A stretch of 62,899 nucleotides of DNA, the filler included, from Choristocarpus tenellus KU-1152 (Eukaryota > Protista > Phaeophyceae), in assembly GCA_964200185.2 (NCBI GenBank). It is 10 parts of 10 records of this genome, joined end to end, with 100 filler letters (N's around TTAATTAATTAA, not from the genome) between each part and the next. Parts side by side here need not be neighbours in the genome. Positions count along the whole stretch, not along the records: positions 1 to 17,886 come from CAXNAD020000613.1; positions 17,987 to 21,328 come from CAXNAD020020684.1; positions 21,429 to 28,805 come from CAXNAD020006245.1; 7 more parts are not named here. One strand, given 5' to 3'. The notes below the pieces were generated by a model. It made no database searches, was not told where the DNA came from, and saw nothing but the letters and a program-made list of their open reading frames with translations. The translations under genes were made by a program, and so were the position numbers. Below are positions 11,481-24,080 of this stretch, in pieces (the stretch's first letter is position 1; the number at the start of each line of letters is the position of its first letter).

Positions 11481-13783
11481 CAAACCACTTCATTTTAACC
11501 CGTTTTGAAGTATGTACCTTCAAAATTGCGACAGAGATATTCCCCCGCGTTTTTCTCCATTATTTCGTCGGCACATAGCTCCCTCGGAAGCCTCTGCATT
11601 ATTGGTGAATACAAACCTTCAAAAGCCCTTGTCATACCCTTTTGATATACTATTTGTTGAGGATCTGTTGGGGCTACACGGTGAAAACAAGCAGAAAAGT
11701 CACAGGGCGAAGCTATTGCTACCACTTTACTACCATAAATAATATTATATGTATATACATATATATATACATATCCAGCTGCCATAGTGTAATGTTGTGT
11801 TATTAGGTACTCTTCAGACAAAACCGACCGATGAGGGACGAAGAAAAATCCTGATCGTTTGGATACATTTTATTATTGCACAGAATGAAAAAAAACAATA
11901 TGTAAGCATTATCAAGTGTACGAAAATATACTAATGACGATAACCCGTCTACACACTGTGTCATGCATCCATCCATACTTGTCATCTTGGAGAGAGTGGA
12001 ATTATTGAGACAGGACACTTAGAACCAAACTGTGATCATCAATCAGGTAGAACCAAAAATGACTCCATTGGTTCAGTTAATAGGGTTACATCTAAGTTAT
12101 TAAATTTTCACTGTTATGTACCACAACTGCTTCTACCAAAACCTACACCTTCCAATGCCCATCAAATACTGAGGATAGACCAGGAAGAAGAGCAACCGAT
12201 AACTGAAGGAGCATCTCTTGTTCTGCACTACCAGAAAAGGTTTGTCGCATCGCAGTGTTTCCGAGAAAAAACCACGCACAACAATAAACATAACGTCATC
12301 AGCCAAGAAATTCAACAAAGAAAAAATAAAACAAGTGTCAAAACTTTGTGTGCACTTAAACGCGAACTTGGAAATCTTCCGCTTTACAGCTTACAACACA
12401 CTCGAAAGAAAAAAAGGGGGGTAGAAGCTAAAAAGCAAGACTGCACAAAGAACAAAATACAGACAACCAACAACAATAAAGAATTTGATTGGTAATCCAG
12501 AAGGTATACCTTCAGAACACACAGTCACTCAACCATAATCACAGAAGAAAACTGCAACCCCAATTCAGCAACCACTTGTCAATCAAACCAAATGCCAAGA
12601 CCTTTATGATTGTGCCCACTGCTACCAGCAACTGACCCACTATCGGTCCGACCTTTCGCGAGTTCAACTTGAACCATTTTCTTAAGCATCCACTACCGAA
12701 TGGGGAATACAGCTGTACACAAATCAGTGCCCATAAGAGCAAACAAAAACGGTGACAATGCCCTATGCCTTATCAGGTTGTAGTCCAGTCATATATTCCT
12801 CACACAACAAATACGAGATGAAACAGCAAAACTTCAAACCTATTGCAGAGCAAAATAGATTCCACTTCACCGCATTGCGAACAACTAAAATTATGTTGCA
12901 CAAAGGACACACTCTCACCCTTCTTCCCCTTAACTCTACACTCTCTGCTCAACGACGATGACACCTAGACGGAAGCATCTGTCCTTTGAGACATACATTA
13001 TATCAACCCGCAAGCCTTATCTACCAAATCAATTCGACTAGGAAGGAAAAATTCAAAAAAGGTATCATCAAGTAGGTAGGCGGGGGGATCAAATGGATAA
13101 AGTAGTACCAGCACTGACATAAAAAAATACACCCGCAAGTACTTAAATGCGGGCACCCTAATGTCACAAAGAAAAAAAGCCACCTAAGATGACAATTAGC
13201 CCCCCAAAACCTTGGTATTTTCAATTCACCTACGTAACAAGCAGGCGAGGCAAGCGCACAAGGCATCCCTTACCTCGCCCCAACATTTTGACTGCGTCAC
13301 TACAAACGTGACCTCACCGCACCACCACACACTTCAGAGTGGTGGTGTGTGGAGGTAAGGTGGAGGTGGAAAGAGATCATCTAATCACACCAATAGCAAG
13401 GAGAGACATGATAAGGAGAGTACACCGAAGGACTGTTCCCATGCATGGAAACAATTCTATAAACTCTTCACTTCCTGTCTGTATTACTCCCACCACCTTG
13501 CTCACTTGCCTCTCCACACACCAATGCTAGTAACAGCCTTGAATCGCCAGTCCCCATGTCAACTTCTCTTTTCCTACTTCTCACACTTAGTATATGAATG
13601 ACTTCCTACTCGTGGGGTGTATGTATATGCCAGAATTTAACTACTCATTTTCCTCCCTTTCCAAGAATCTCTAAATTAATGAATTATCATCGGCCTCGGC
13701 TGTGCATTTGAAAGGGAAAAGAGCATCACTGTTGAAGGGAAGACAAGTTTCTTTCAAACTATCATTCCATACAACTCAAAAGT

Positions 13784-16700
13784 TCAGAAGGTAGGAGCTC
13801 GCCCAGTGGCAGCTGCAGCAAGTGGTCCCCAGTGAAGGTTGGTATGGGCAATAGCCATGTGCAGGGGCTCACTGGGTCCTGCCTTGATAACAATACCCAC
13901 ATTGGCAGGTAGGAAAAACACACCTCCCTCACCAGCCTTGATCTATAGAAGTGAATGAGCAACACATGGAACAGTAAATGAGCGGGAGTGTAGGTGTGGT
14001 TAAGGCATTTTTTGTTTTGAAGCTTATTGTACACAAAAAAAAATCCTCCTGCTAAAAACTCCTTAAAACAAGAATAACAAAATCTCTTTTTTATCTGATA
14101 TTTGTTTTTTAAAACCTATCAAAATTTTATCAGTCGATCAAAATCGATAACTAATTTTTTCCAAACCGGTAAATCCATAAAAAATATTTTTTGCTAACCA
14201 GGGGAGTTTGAGGGCACTCCCTCATCACTTAAAAATTTTGTGAGCGGTAGCGAACTCAATTAGTTTTTTTAAGTGATCAAAAAAACAGCTAAAATTTTAT
14301 AGTTTTTAGTTCGACTTATCCACAGACTTATCCCTTTTGTAATCTTATTTGTTCTACGTAGTAGTATTTGAAAATTCTTTTCGTATAATAAATCCTTCAA
14401 AAGCTTCACAGTACAAGTAACACAAAAATTCTGCAGTCAATCAAAACTCACCTGTTTCCCAGTGTCCTCCTCCACAACCCTTCCCCCTTCACAACCACAG
14501 AGGCAAACAAGTACTCCTGGCACCGGCATGGCTTTCAAGTGATACGACTCCTTCACTGGAACCTGTAACATTCCAGAAGTGATACAAGAAAATGTACACA
14601 AGGTTAGCAGCCAGACAGAACAAACCGAGGGTATCTCTATTTTTCAACAATTAGGTGAGTGCCATTTAGATCTCCCGGCATAAACTCAACTGCCAATTTA
14701 GTGCCCTCTATGTTGACCATTGCAAGCCTAGCTGTGTGTTACACCTTACCCAACAAGGCCGAAAAAGATGGCTGGTTGAAATAGATTTCTACCGATGCTC
14801 ATGAGATGTCTTCACCTTAAGGTCCTCTAGCTCGAAGTCTGTAATGGGGGGAGTGTATCGTACACGCTTGGAGTCCACAAATTCTGCCTGCAGAACTGCT
14901 GGTGCACCCATGTTGTATGTAAGCATTTCCACAAGAAGATTAGTGTCCCGAAACTTTGGTGTAAGGGCAGCCCTCACCACATTATTGGAACAGGCCATCA
15001 CCTACATTCAAAAAAATAGCACATTTTATCAATAGAAATGCACCAAAAAGGTTTGATCAGTACCGAGCAAATGAAGCCCTCTATACACTTCAAGAGTTAA
15101 CAGTTTGGTGAGCACATATAACATTTACGTCATCATCACTGATCACCACAACCCCAGACACTCTACAAACACTTATCAACCAGTAAAAAGAAAAAAAGAT
15201 AGATCACCTCAAGGATGTCTCCTCTCAGATAAGCATGCGGCTCATCCACAGTCATGAAGAACGCCTGCCCTGCAGACAGCTGCAACAGGTTCAGCATCAG
15301 TGGCATCAGAATGCCAAGATCCCCCGGATATTCCGTAGACAATCGGAGCATCACCCTTCGCACATCCACATCCTCACGTTGAAGACGGGAAGAAAGTGCG
15401 GCTGCTGCTTTGGCACCCCCACGGAAGTCACGTCCAAATATCTCTGTCATTCGCTTCTCCTCCAACGCACTTCCAGCAACAGGCGCCTAAAAGGTTTGCA
15501 GGTGGGACAAGGTTTGCATTAAGAAGCAGAGATAGTGGATCAGGCTTAGTATAATAAAGTGGGGGAGAGCTAGGAAAGTCAATGTTTCTAGGAATCAGGT
15601 TTACACATCGAAGCACTCACTTCATCAAAACAGCACACACTTGTGTTAGATCAAGACAGACACAGTTGTAATCTCATGGTCACCTCAGTTGCAGGAGGAT
15701 GGGGCTGACTCAGTCGTTCCACCAGTGCCGCCACTTGGGTCTTCACAACATTCGGGGGGCACTTTACAAAGGCCCCGAACATCTTCTTCAGTGCAATCCG
15801 CTGAAGTTGAAGGTCATTACCCGCAGAGCACATCGCCCTGAGAGCAGTGAGGGAGACCATACCCCGGAGCTCTGCATGGAATTTATTATACAAAATTGAG
15901 TTTGTTCAGATTGAAATGGCTAAAGCAAAATAGCGATGTGTATTTGTACTAAAGAGAATTGCTATGGACAATCCAAACAGACACCAGGACACTAATCATC
16001 TTTTGACCTGGGTAAGCATGCAGGTTCCAGAGGATTTCGTGGAACCGACGGAACCCACACAGACCCTCAAAGTCCGTCAGAGTAACCGCCATCTCTGGCT
16101 TATGATTATCATCCTTGTATACGGCAGGACGTTCTTTGTGCAGGCGTTCAGCAAGTCTCTTGTCTGGGTGTGCCTGCACATGAGAACCGCAAAAGGGTAG
16201 TGGGTCACAGAGTCAAAAGACCTGGAAGGGTTGAATTTTGGTGTAGAAAACATAATTGTGTAACTGTGCAATCTGTTCAGTGTGCATATACAGCGGAAGT
16301 GTGCACAATATTAGGAAAAAAAAAAAAATCGTGTACTTCAAAGAATGCACTTAGTTACTTATGTCACCTACTGTGATTACCTCCATATGCACCACAAATG
16401 CATACCTGAATGCTGAGTGCCTTGTTGATGGAGATAACCTTGAAGAGGAAAGGAAGGTCACCCTTGTTCTGAATTGCCCCCAGCATGTCAGGGTTTCTAT
16501 CAAGCACCTCCTGTAGGTGTCAGAGTGCAATAAAAAAAGACAAAATAATTTGATAGGCAAAGTAACCCAAGTAGTTGATATTGTGTGCCGTCTTTTCGAA
16601 ACTCTGGCAATGCCAGCTTGAAAGAAATACCATTGAAACTACAAGAAAATAGTTTTACAGTTACTAGGGCCTGCAACCTTCAAACCATTCATCCTAGGAA

Positions 16701-17596
16701 TATTGATTTCCTGTGTTGGTATGCAATATCAAGGCATGCAGTCATCTAGAATGCTATTCCCTGCAATTCAGCGTAGGACAACTACATTAGACCAACAATA
16801 GGGAACCTCCATCTAGGAGAAGAAAAGGCGATGCAGCGATGTTGCAAAAAACATCATTCAACTTTCAAAGGAGCATATGAGGCCCAACCCAGCAACTCTG
16901 TTCATCAGGTGAGAAATCTCCAGAGACCCTGTGACTATCTTACTCATTTATTCATTTGAAATGTCGTACGCGAAAAAGAAGTGCATAGTAAAACTACCTT
17001 GAGCAGAGGTCCCGCAACCCCATTACGAACGACTCTGGAAGGTCCACTAGGGTGAGTTCCCATCCACATTTCTGCGTAGGTCTCTTCCTTCTTCACAGTG
17101 TAATCGGAGTCACCAAGGCCCTTGAGCTTCGCCACCATGCTTTCCGAACCCTTCTTTCCCCAGGCGTATTGCTGTGTAAGAGATCCAAGGGGAGTTGCAA
17201 GAAGGGGTTGAGGATGCGGGGAGTGAAAACAACGTGAAATAATGCTTAGCTACTGCTGCCTATTCTATAGGCTTTACCGTGACAAAGCGAGAGGAAAGAT
17301 TTCCTATCCGAACCTGGTGCTTTCTTGGTTTTGTTAGGCACAAAAACACCAGTCTTCAGAGTGATGAGGTTTGCAAAGTGATGAATTAAGGGTTGGAAGG
17401 GATAACATCATGCAACTCCAATTGCAACAACATTATGGATCAGGTTAGGTTCAATCCATGTAATATCACCTAACCATTATCAGCGGTTCCATAGTATTGC
17501 ATATCTCTCCACCAAATCATCAATAATTGAAAACGTCAAGGAATTGTCTTTGTATAGCGAAAATCTCACCTGTACTGCGCTGTTGAGGACCTCCAT
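13784..17596 (-). CDS. MPI: Mannose-6-phosphate isomerase (type I phosphomannose isomerase), 9 exons, 464 aa
   Basis: Exons 17570-17596, 16998-17171, 16406-16510, 16008-16173, 15684-15871, 15208-15486, 14816-15001, 14452-14562, 13784-13942. All introns GT-AG and phase-consistent. Motifs QYAWG, YAEMWMGTHPSG, LPFLFKVISINKALSIQAHPDK, YKDDNHKPEM, EYPGDLG, EPHAYLRGD, MACSNNVVRAALTPKFRD. Confidence 0.95.
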
Positions 17597-17886
17597 CGTT
17601 ACTTCCGGAATGATACTCTTACGACACAGGTCCTAAGAGCAGCACCCAGGAAAAAATTCCAAGGCAGTGCCTTGAAAGGGTGTGTCAGTTTGTATGTTCA
17701 AGAACTGAATACTAGAAGCAGTAGTGGTGGTCTTCAAGCCACAGACGAGAAGAAGAGCCCAGTATTTCGCGATGTCGACACAAGAAGGACAAAGCAGTAG
17801 ATTGGGCTCGAAGGGAGTGCGAGATGTTGAGGATAGGGAGAAAGTTGGGTTCCAGGGTTGGGAAGAAAGGGAGTCATGCAAAGGGG

Positions 17887-17986
17887 NNNNNNNNNNNNNN
17901 NNNNNNNNNNNNNNNNNNNNNNNNNNNNNNTTAATTAATTAANNNNNNNNNNNNNNNNNNNNNNNNNNNNNNNNNNNNNNNNNNNN
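17887..17986. other. Artificial contig spacer N44-TTAATTAATTAA-N44 (first of nine)
   Basis: Identical 100-nt spacers also at 21329-21428, 28806-28905, 34318-34417, 37784-37883, 46865-46964, 49802-49901, 55649-55748, 59192-59291. The 12-mer puts stops in all six frames. Confidence 0.98.
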
Positions 17987-19312
17987 GGGGGATGTGGGGG
18001 AATGTGAGTGAATTTGGGGGTGGGGGGATGGGGGAAGATGATGGAGGAAAGTCAGGAGACTCGATATCCTCTTGGGTTCTGATTTCAAAGGTTACCACAA
18101 GTCCCCTTCGACTGGCAGCAGTGAGGGTTTTGAGACTTCTGTCAGAGGCTCCTCTGGAAGAGGACAGGAAGGAACTGGTGAGGTGTTTGTTTTGTTTTGG
18201 TTGGTTGGTGGGGGGGGGGAGGAGGGGAGGGGAGGGGGAAGAGGAGGGATTGACTTTGCTGGGGTGACTTGATTTTTTATGACAAGGAGTTAGTATTATA
18301 ATAGTAACATTTGGTTTAGGAAGGGTATTATTCTTCTTATTATTATTATTTGTTGCAGTGTGGTAGGTAGACCACACCCAACTGTGGATGACAATAATAA
18401 TAATAATAATAATAATAATGGACACAGAGGTGTACAGGGGGGATTCTGGTTGCACTTGTGGGGGGACAATGTTTCTTGCACTATTGTTATTTTTATTATC
18501 ATGTTTGTACCAGTGCAGCCATGCCTTTTGTTGTAGAGGGGTGGATTGGATTATTACATACACATAGGCAGGCAGATATTTTGTGTGTACAGTGCAGATA
18601 TGTGTCCATCAGCTCTGGTTTGAGGAATACATCTGTTGAGACGTTTGTTTGTTTTTGGGGGGGGGATTGGGGTCCTGCTGATGCTTAATGGCTGTATTGG
18701 CTGGGTTTCTAAATTTTTGGGTGGCATTTTGTTTGCGCCCCATGTAACTTCTTGTTTCTACATACTACAGGATGTAGTCATGGCCCACTACCTATGTCAA
18801 GATAAGGTGTAAGGTATTGGTGTGTGTGAGTGTGGGTGTGTCCTTTCTCTACATTGATACGTGCTTTGAGTATACTCCACCCCCACTCCCTCCCTCCCTC
18901 CCTCCCCCCCCCTCCCCCTCCCTCCCCGACATCTATTGTACTGTTCGTTAGTGTGCAGGCGGCAGGAAGAACGTTAGCGAGGATATTTTTTCTTTTTTTA
19001 GTATGTGGTTGTGTGTAGGATAGGGTATACCTTTTTTGGTACATGTAAGAAAAACAAGATTTGTTTGGTTAATGCAACTCTTTGATTACAAGTCAGTGTT
19101 TGAAATGGTGTTGATGTGTCTTATTTTATTTTATTTTACTTCGTTTAATCTAACCCCTAACCCTAACCCTTTTATTGTGTGTGTGCACGTGTGTGCTAAT
19201 GACTTAGGTGAAGGGAAATGTGTTGGAGACTCTGCTGCTGATTGGGGCAGAGGCAGACTCCAGTGTGGTAAGCCTTGGGGATGAAGAAACAGGCAACCCA
19301 CTGACAAGAAAG
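17987..19312 (+). CDS. Two internal exons of an unidentified, probably helical, protein (partial gene)
   Basis: Exon ending 18177 (...TSPLRLAAVRVLRLLSEAPLEEDRKEL|gtgagg) and exon 19208-19312 (ttag|VKGNVLETLLLIGAEADSSVVSLGDEETGNPLTRK|gtaata); both junctions phase 0. Confidence 0.5.
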
Positions 19313-20339
19313 GTAATAACCTATGGTGCACAAAAATGTCTCAATTATTTTTTATTGATGGTGCACTACTGTATGTTATTGAGATCGATTGGTTATTCAT
19401 GTGGAAGGTGCTTGTCTCTTTTGCTGGAGTGGATGGGTTGTTTATTAAGCTAGTGCCTTTTTAATATTTTTTGTAGACAAGAGTCATGTTGTTAGTCTAG
19501 TCCAGTCTTTGGAAAGACTATGAGAAGGCTTTGAGATGAGATAGATGAGATTGTACGCATTATTGAAATACCTCATGTCCCTACTTGTATTTCATTTCGG
19601 ATCCCTCAAAAATCAATGCATCAAGTAAACCAAAAGGTTTTCACAGTCGGTCAGTCTTCCGTCATGGAGGTGTAACCTAACCCTAACCCTAACCCTAAAA
19701 AATGAAGTAACTGGCCCGGGAGAGATGTTCGTCACTCCCGTGATCGGAAGGGTGTGCAAACCCAGACTGAAAGATGACAACTAGAAAGTCTGTATCCAAC
19801 AAATTGAAGTGGTTGCTGAGTTTCTATTGGTCTATGGGATCACCGATTAGCTTTACTTCTAGAGGTGAATTGGTAGTGAGTCTACTATCCTCAGTCGGAT
19901 CATGCCCAGAGCTTGGAAGATATGTATGTATGGAGCGAGGGTGTGTGATACAATTGAAGTTGAATAATAATGAAATTGATCATTTTGATGGTGACTATGA
20001 TGAGCTGTATCGATTGAATTCTTAAGTCACACAGCAACAGTGATTTGCGGAAATTGAACTAACCTCGGTACTGAGGCTGTGTTGTGAATTGAATCTTTGA
20101 GATCGTTTGTGTAATGTTGAGTTGAATGTTTGATTCAGTGAGTTCAGAATGAAAAATCTGTAAAGGCTGTGTGTGTTATATGCTGTTGAAGAGGGGTTGG
20201 TATTGTTCGTCGTCTTGGGGATAGAGTTAGTGGGTGTCACCCTACCCACACCCACCTACCCATTTTCTTTTCCTAGCATTAGGTATTATTTGTTAGTATG
20301 CTAGTACTAGTAGTAAATATTCTTATTAATATTATTTTA

Positions 20340-20960
20340 ATGTGGAGAGAAAAGGTGACGCAGGGTTAGAGATAGGTATGTAAGGAGAAAAGAACCCTTA
20401 GTAAGAGAATAACAAAATGATAGAGGAGAACAGACGAAGTAGAAAATAACCTTCAATGAGAGAATAACAAACTAATAAAGAAAGGAACCTTTACTACGAG
20501 AATAACGAAGTATTAGAGAAGAATATCGGAAGGAGAAAAAACCTTCAAGAGTATAATATAAGGACGAAGAGAATAACAAAGGAATGCAGAATAATAAGAG
20601 GAAGGAGAAACGAACCTTCAATAAGAGGATCGAGAGAATAAAAAGGTAATGCAGAATAATAGTCGGAAGGAGAAAATAAACTTTAAGAATAGATTAATAA
20701 AATAATAAAGAGAGGAACCTTGACTAAGAGAAAAATATAAGGACGGAGAGAATAACAAAGAAATGCAGCATAATAAGAGGGAGAAAAGAACCTTTAGGAA
20801 TAGAGAATAATATAAGGACAGTGAAAATACAAAAGGAATGCAAGCTAATAAGAGGATTGAGATAATAAAAAAGTAATGCAGAGAAATAAGAGGAAAGAGA
20901 AAAGAACCTTTAACAATAGAATAATAAAGTATTTGAGAGGAAGGAGAAAAGAACCTTTAA
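20340..20960. repeat. Degenerate purine-rich minisatellite (gagaataa / gaacctt units)
   Basis: Strongly A/G-skewed recurring units agagaataacaaa, gaacctt, ggagaaaa. Confidence 0.75.
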
Positions 20961-21590
20961 TTGAGTCGGTACCCCGATTTTGTTCACCCATGGACATGCC
21001 CTAAAAAAGCGCACAGAATTGATGTGGTACAATGTTTTTTTTGTAGTAATTAATCGTGGCATTGCTGGGAAATCAATCGTCGAAGCGACTGATTGATCGT
21101 GGCATTGCTGGGAAATCAATCATAAGCTTCATGGATAGGATGGAAACGATTACGAGCGCTTTTCTTTCATTATGTTTATGTGTTAATGCGCATCTCCCGC
21201 CTCGCCATAAGGAGAATACTGTATGTACCTTCTACCTCAGAGTCTCTTCAGTCTTTCTAAAACATATTGTCGCTCTCCTGGCGTAATCTTACTGTGACGC
21301 AACCCCAGGACAAAAGCATATACCAAGCNNNNNNNNNNNNNNNNNNNNNNNNNNNNNNNNNNNNNNNNNNNNTTAATTAATTAANNNNNNNNNNNNNNNN
21401 NNNNNNNNNNNNNNNNNNNNNNNNNNNNGGGCATGCACCCTCTACACTTGTGAAAAATAGTCACACTCTTGTTGCTGCTCTGTTGTCTGCTGAAAGTCTG
21501 CTAGTCTTCACAGAAAAAAAAGAGAATAAGCTCTCACCCCAAGAACTTGTGCACAAAATTTTGAATAACAGCACTCAGAAAAGCAAAACC

Positions 21591-24080
21591 TCAACAGCCA
21601 GCTATGAGTACATTGTAAGTAACAGCATCTCGAGAAATTCCCTCCACCTTCATCTCCTTAAGCAAAGCGTAAGCTCGATCCCACTTATCCCCTTCACTGC
21701 AGGCCCTCATTGCAGAGTTGTAAGTTCTAATATCGAGGTCAATCCCCTCAGCCTCCTTTGCCTCTTTCAGCAAGTCTAAGGCGACCTCCCACCTGTCTCC
21801 ACAAGCTGAAATGACTGTGTTGTAGGTGATGATGTCAGGGCCAACTCCACCTGTCGTTTTAATCTCCTCCAGCAAACGCAGGACTTCTGACCACCTGTCC
21901 TGATCACCGCATGCCTTGATTGCAGTGTTGTAGGTAACCACATCAAGATGAACCCCTTCAGCCACCTTTGCCTCCTCCAATAAGATAAGGGCTTCTGACC
22001 ACTGGCCTGCATCACCGCATGCCTTAATGGCTGAGTTGTAGGTGACTGCATCAAGAGCAATCCCTGTAGCCTCCTTTGCCTTTCCAAGTAAAAGTAGAGC
22101 TTCTTTCCACTTCCCCCCATCACCACATGCCTTAATGGCAGCGTTGTAAGTGACGATGTCAGCAACGACCCCTGTGGTTTTCATTGCCTCATCAAAAATG
22201 AGCAGGGCTTCTGACCACTGACCTGCTTCGCCACACGCTGTGATTGCTGTGTTGTATGTAACAACATCAGGGTGAACACCCCTTGACCTCTTTGCCTCCT
22301 CCAACAAACGAAGGGCTTCAGACCATTGTCCTCCATTTCCAAGCGCCTTTATGACCGCGTTGTAGGTGATGACATTAGGCTCAACCCTCTCTACTTTCAT
22401 TTCCTCCAGAATGTTCAGGGCTGACTCCCATTGGCCGTCGTTTCCACATGCCATGATGGCCAAGGTGTAGATTTGCGCATCAAAGACAATCCTGTTCAAT
22501 CTGGCCTCCTTCAGCATTTGAATTGCGACCTTCCCGTCACCACTTGCATTGATTACAGCACCATAAACGACAACATTGGGTTTTACTCTCCTAAGTTTCA
22601 TCTCTTCCAGCAAGCACAGGGCATCATCCCCATTTCCACAAACTGTAATGGCCGCGCTGTAGGTATGGGTATTGGGGGCAATTCCCTTTGCCTTCATCTC
22701 CTCCAGCAAACGCAGGGCATCATCCCTATTTCCACATGCTGTGATGGCTGTACTGTAGATTTGTACATTGAGGACAACCCCCTTGGTACCTTTTGCTTCT
22801 TCCAGCAAACTCATGGCAGCCTTCCCCTCCCCCACATTCCCACATGCCTGGATTGCAGCACAGAAGGTCACTTCATTAAGGACAACCCCTTGAGCTCTTT
22901 TTGCCTCACTGAGCACCTGCAGTGCTTCCCTCAAACGGCCCCTATCCCCACATGCTTTGATTACAGTATTGAAGGTGACCACATCAGGGGCAACTTCCCC
23001 GCCTTGCATTCCCTTCAGAAGCCGTAGAGCGGCTTCCCACTTCCCCCCATTGCCGCAAGCCTTGATGGCCGAATTATAGGTGATGATGTCTGGGACAACC
23101 TCCTTGATCATTTTCACATCAACCAGTAAACGCAAGGCTTCATCCCAACGACCGCTGTCACCACATGCTTTGATTGCAGTGTTGAAGGAAACGACATCGG
23201 GTTTAACTCCTTCGCCTTCCATCTCCCTCAACAGTCGCAAAGACTCCCTCCAATTATATCCATCTCCACAGGCCTTCATAACCGAGTTGTATGTCACGAC
23301 ATCAGGGGCAACCCCCCTGGATCTCTTTGCGTCTTCCAGCAATTCCAGGGCGACTTTCCACTGCCCACTGCTGCCACATACCATGATCACTGTGTTGTAT
23401 ATAATTATGTCCGTGAATACACCCTTATCCTCGATTGCCTCTCTCAGCAAACGCAACGCGTGTTTCCAATTCTCTCCCCCAGTGCAAGCCTTGATGGCTG
23501 CATTATACGTGATGACAGTGGGGCGAACTCCCCTGGCCTTCATCTCGTCAAGTACGGAGAGGGCCTCCCTTGTTCGGTGGCTTTTGGCCAAGGCCACGAT
23601 ACACTGGGTATACATTCTAGTATTGATGACTTGACCACTTGCTTTCGTCTCTCGCAGGAGGTCAAGAACTCCTCTCCAGTCTTTCTTTTGTCCCATGCGC
23701 TTGATGTTCGTCATGAACAGCATCGTTCGGGCTCTAGTAAGGCCACCTGATCTTCCACTTATTCCCACCCCCAACCCAGCCCCCACTCTTTTCTCACTCT
23801 CTTTCTTTCCTCCCTCCCCTACACGTGAAACATCTAGGCCTCGTGACGAAGAATTATTCCAACCTTCCCTTTCTTGGTCTTCCGAATTCAACCTCGCCCA
23901 GTCGGAGGATACCATGGTACGTGATGTACGATGCACGGGCCTTGGACGTTGGTTTGGGTGTAAGCATTGCCGCCACCGGGGTTCCCCAGGAACAAGTGCT
24001 ATGCACTTCGAAACCCGACAACGAAATGAGGCTCCAGTTTGTGGTACCCCACACCACAAAGTTATTAGCCCCCCTACCAT
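21591..24080 (-). CDS. P-class pentatricopeptide repeat (PPR) protein, 829 aa, no introns in the CDS
   Basis: About 20 tandem 32-36 aa motifs of the form PDVVTYNxAIKACGxxGxWxEALxLLxEM; in-frame stop upstream of the ATG; N-terminal extension of about 115 aa. Confidence 0.95.
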   Translation of the reverse strand: MVGGLITLWCGVPQTGASFRCRVSKCIALVPGEPRWRQCLHPNQRPRPVHRTSRTMVSSDWARLNSEDQEREGWNNSSSRGLDVSRVGEGGKKESEKRVGAGLGVGISGRSGGLTRARTMLFMTNIKRMGQKKDWRGVLDLLRETKASGQVINTRMYTQCIVALAKSHRTREALSVLDEMKARGVRPTVITYNAAIKACTGGENWKHALRLLREAIEDKGVFTDIIIYNTVIMVCGSSGQWKVALELLEDAKRSRGVAPDVVTYNSVMKACGDGYNWRESLRLLREMEGEGVKPDVVSFNTAIKACGDSGRWDEALRLLVDVKMIKEVVPDIITYNSAIKACGNGGKWEAALRLLKGMQGGEVAPDVVTFNTVIKACGDRGRLREALQVLSEAKRAQGVVLNEVTFCAAIQACGNVGEGKAAMSLLEEAKGTKGVVLNVQIYSTAITACGNRDDALRLLEEMKAKGIAPNTHTYSAAITVCGNGDDALCLLEEMKLRRVKPNVVVYGAVINASGDGKVAIQMLKEARLNRIVFDAQIYTLAIMACGNDGQWESALNILEEMKVERVEPNVITYNAVIKALGNGGQWSEALRLLEEAKRSRGVHPDVVTYNTAITACGEAGQWSEALLIFDEAMKTTGVVADIVTYNAAIKACGDGGKWKEALLLLGKAKEATGIALDAVTYNSAIKACGDAGQWSEALILLEEAKVAEGVHLDVVTYNTAIKACGDQDRWSEVLRLLEEIKTTGGVGPDIITYNTVISACGDRWEVALDLLKEAKEAEGIDLDIRTYNSAMRACSEGDKWDRAYALLKEMKVEGISRDAVTYNVLIAGC

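Noticed and set aside
17931-17942. Recurring TTAATTAATTAA palindrome as a biological motif or CRISPR-like repeat
   Set aside because: Always centred in a 100-nt N spacer; it is an assembly linker.
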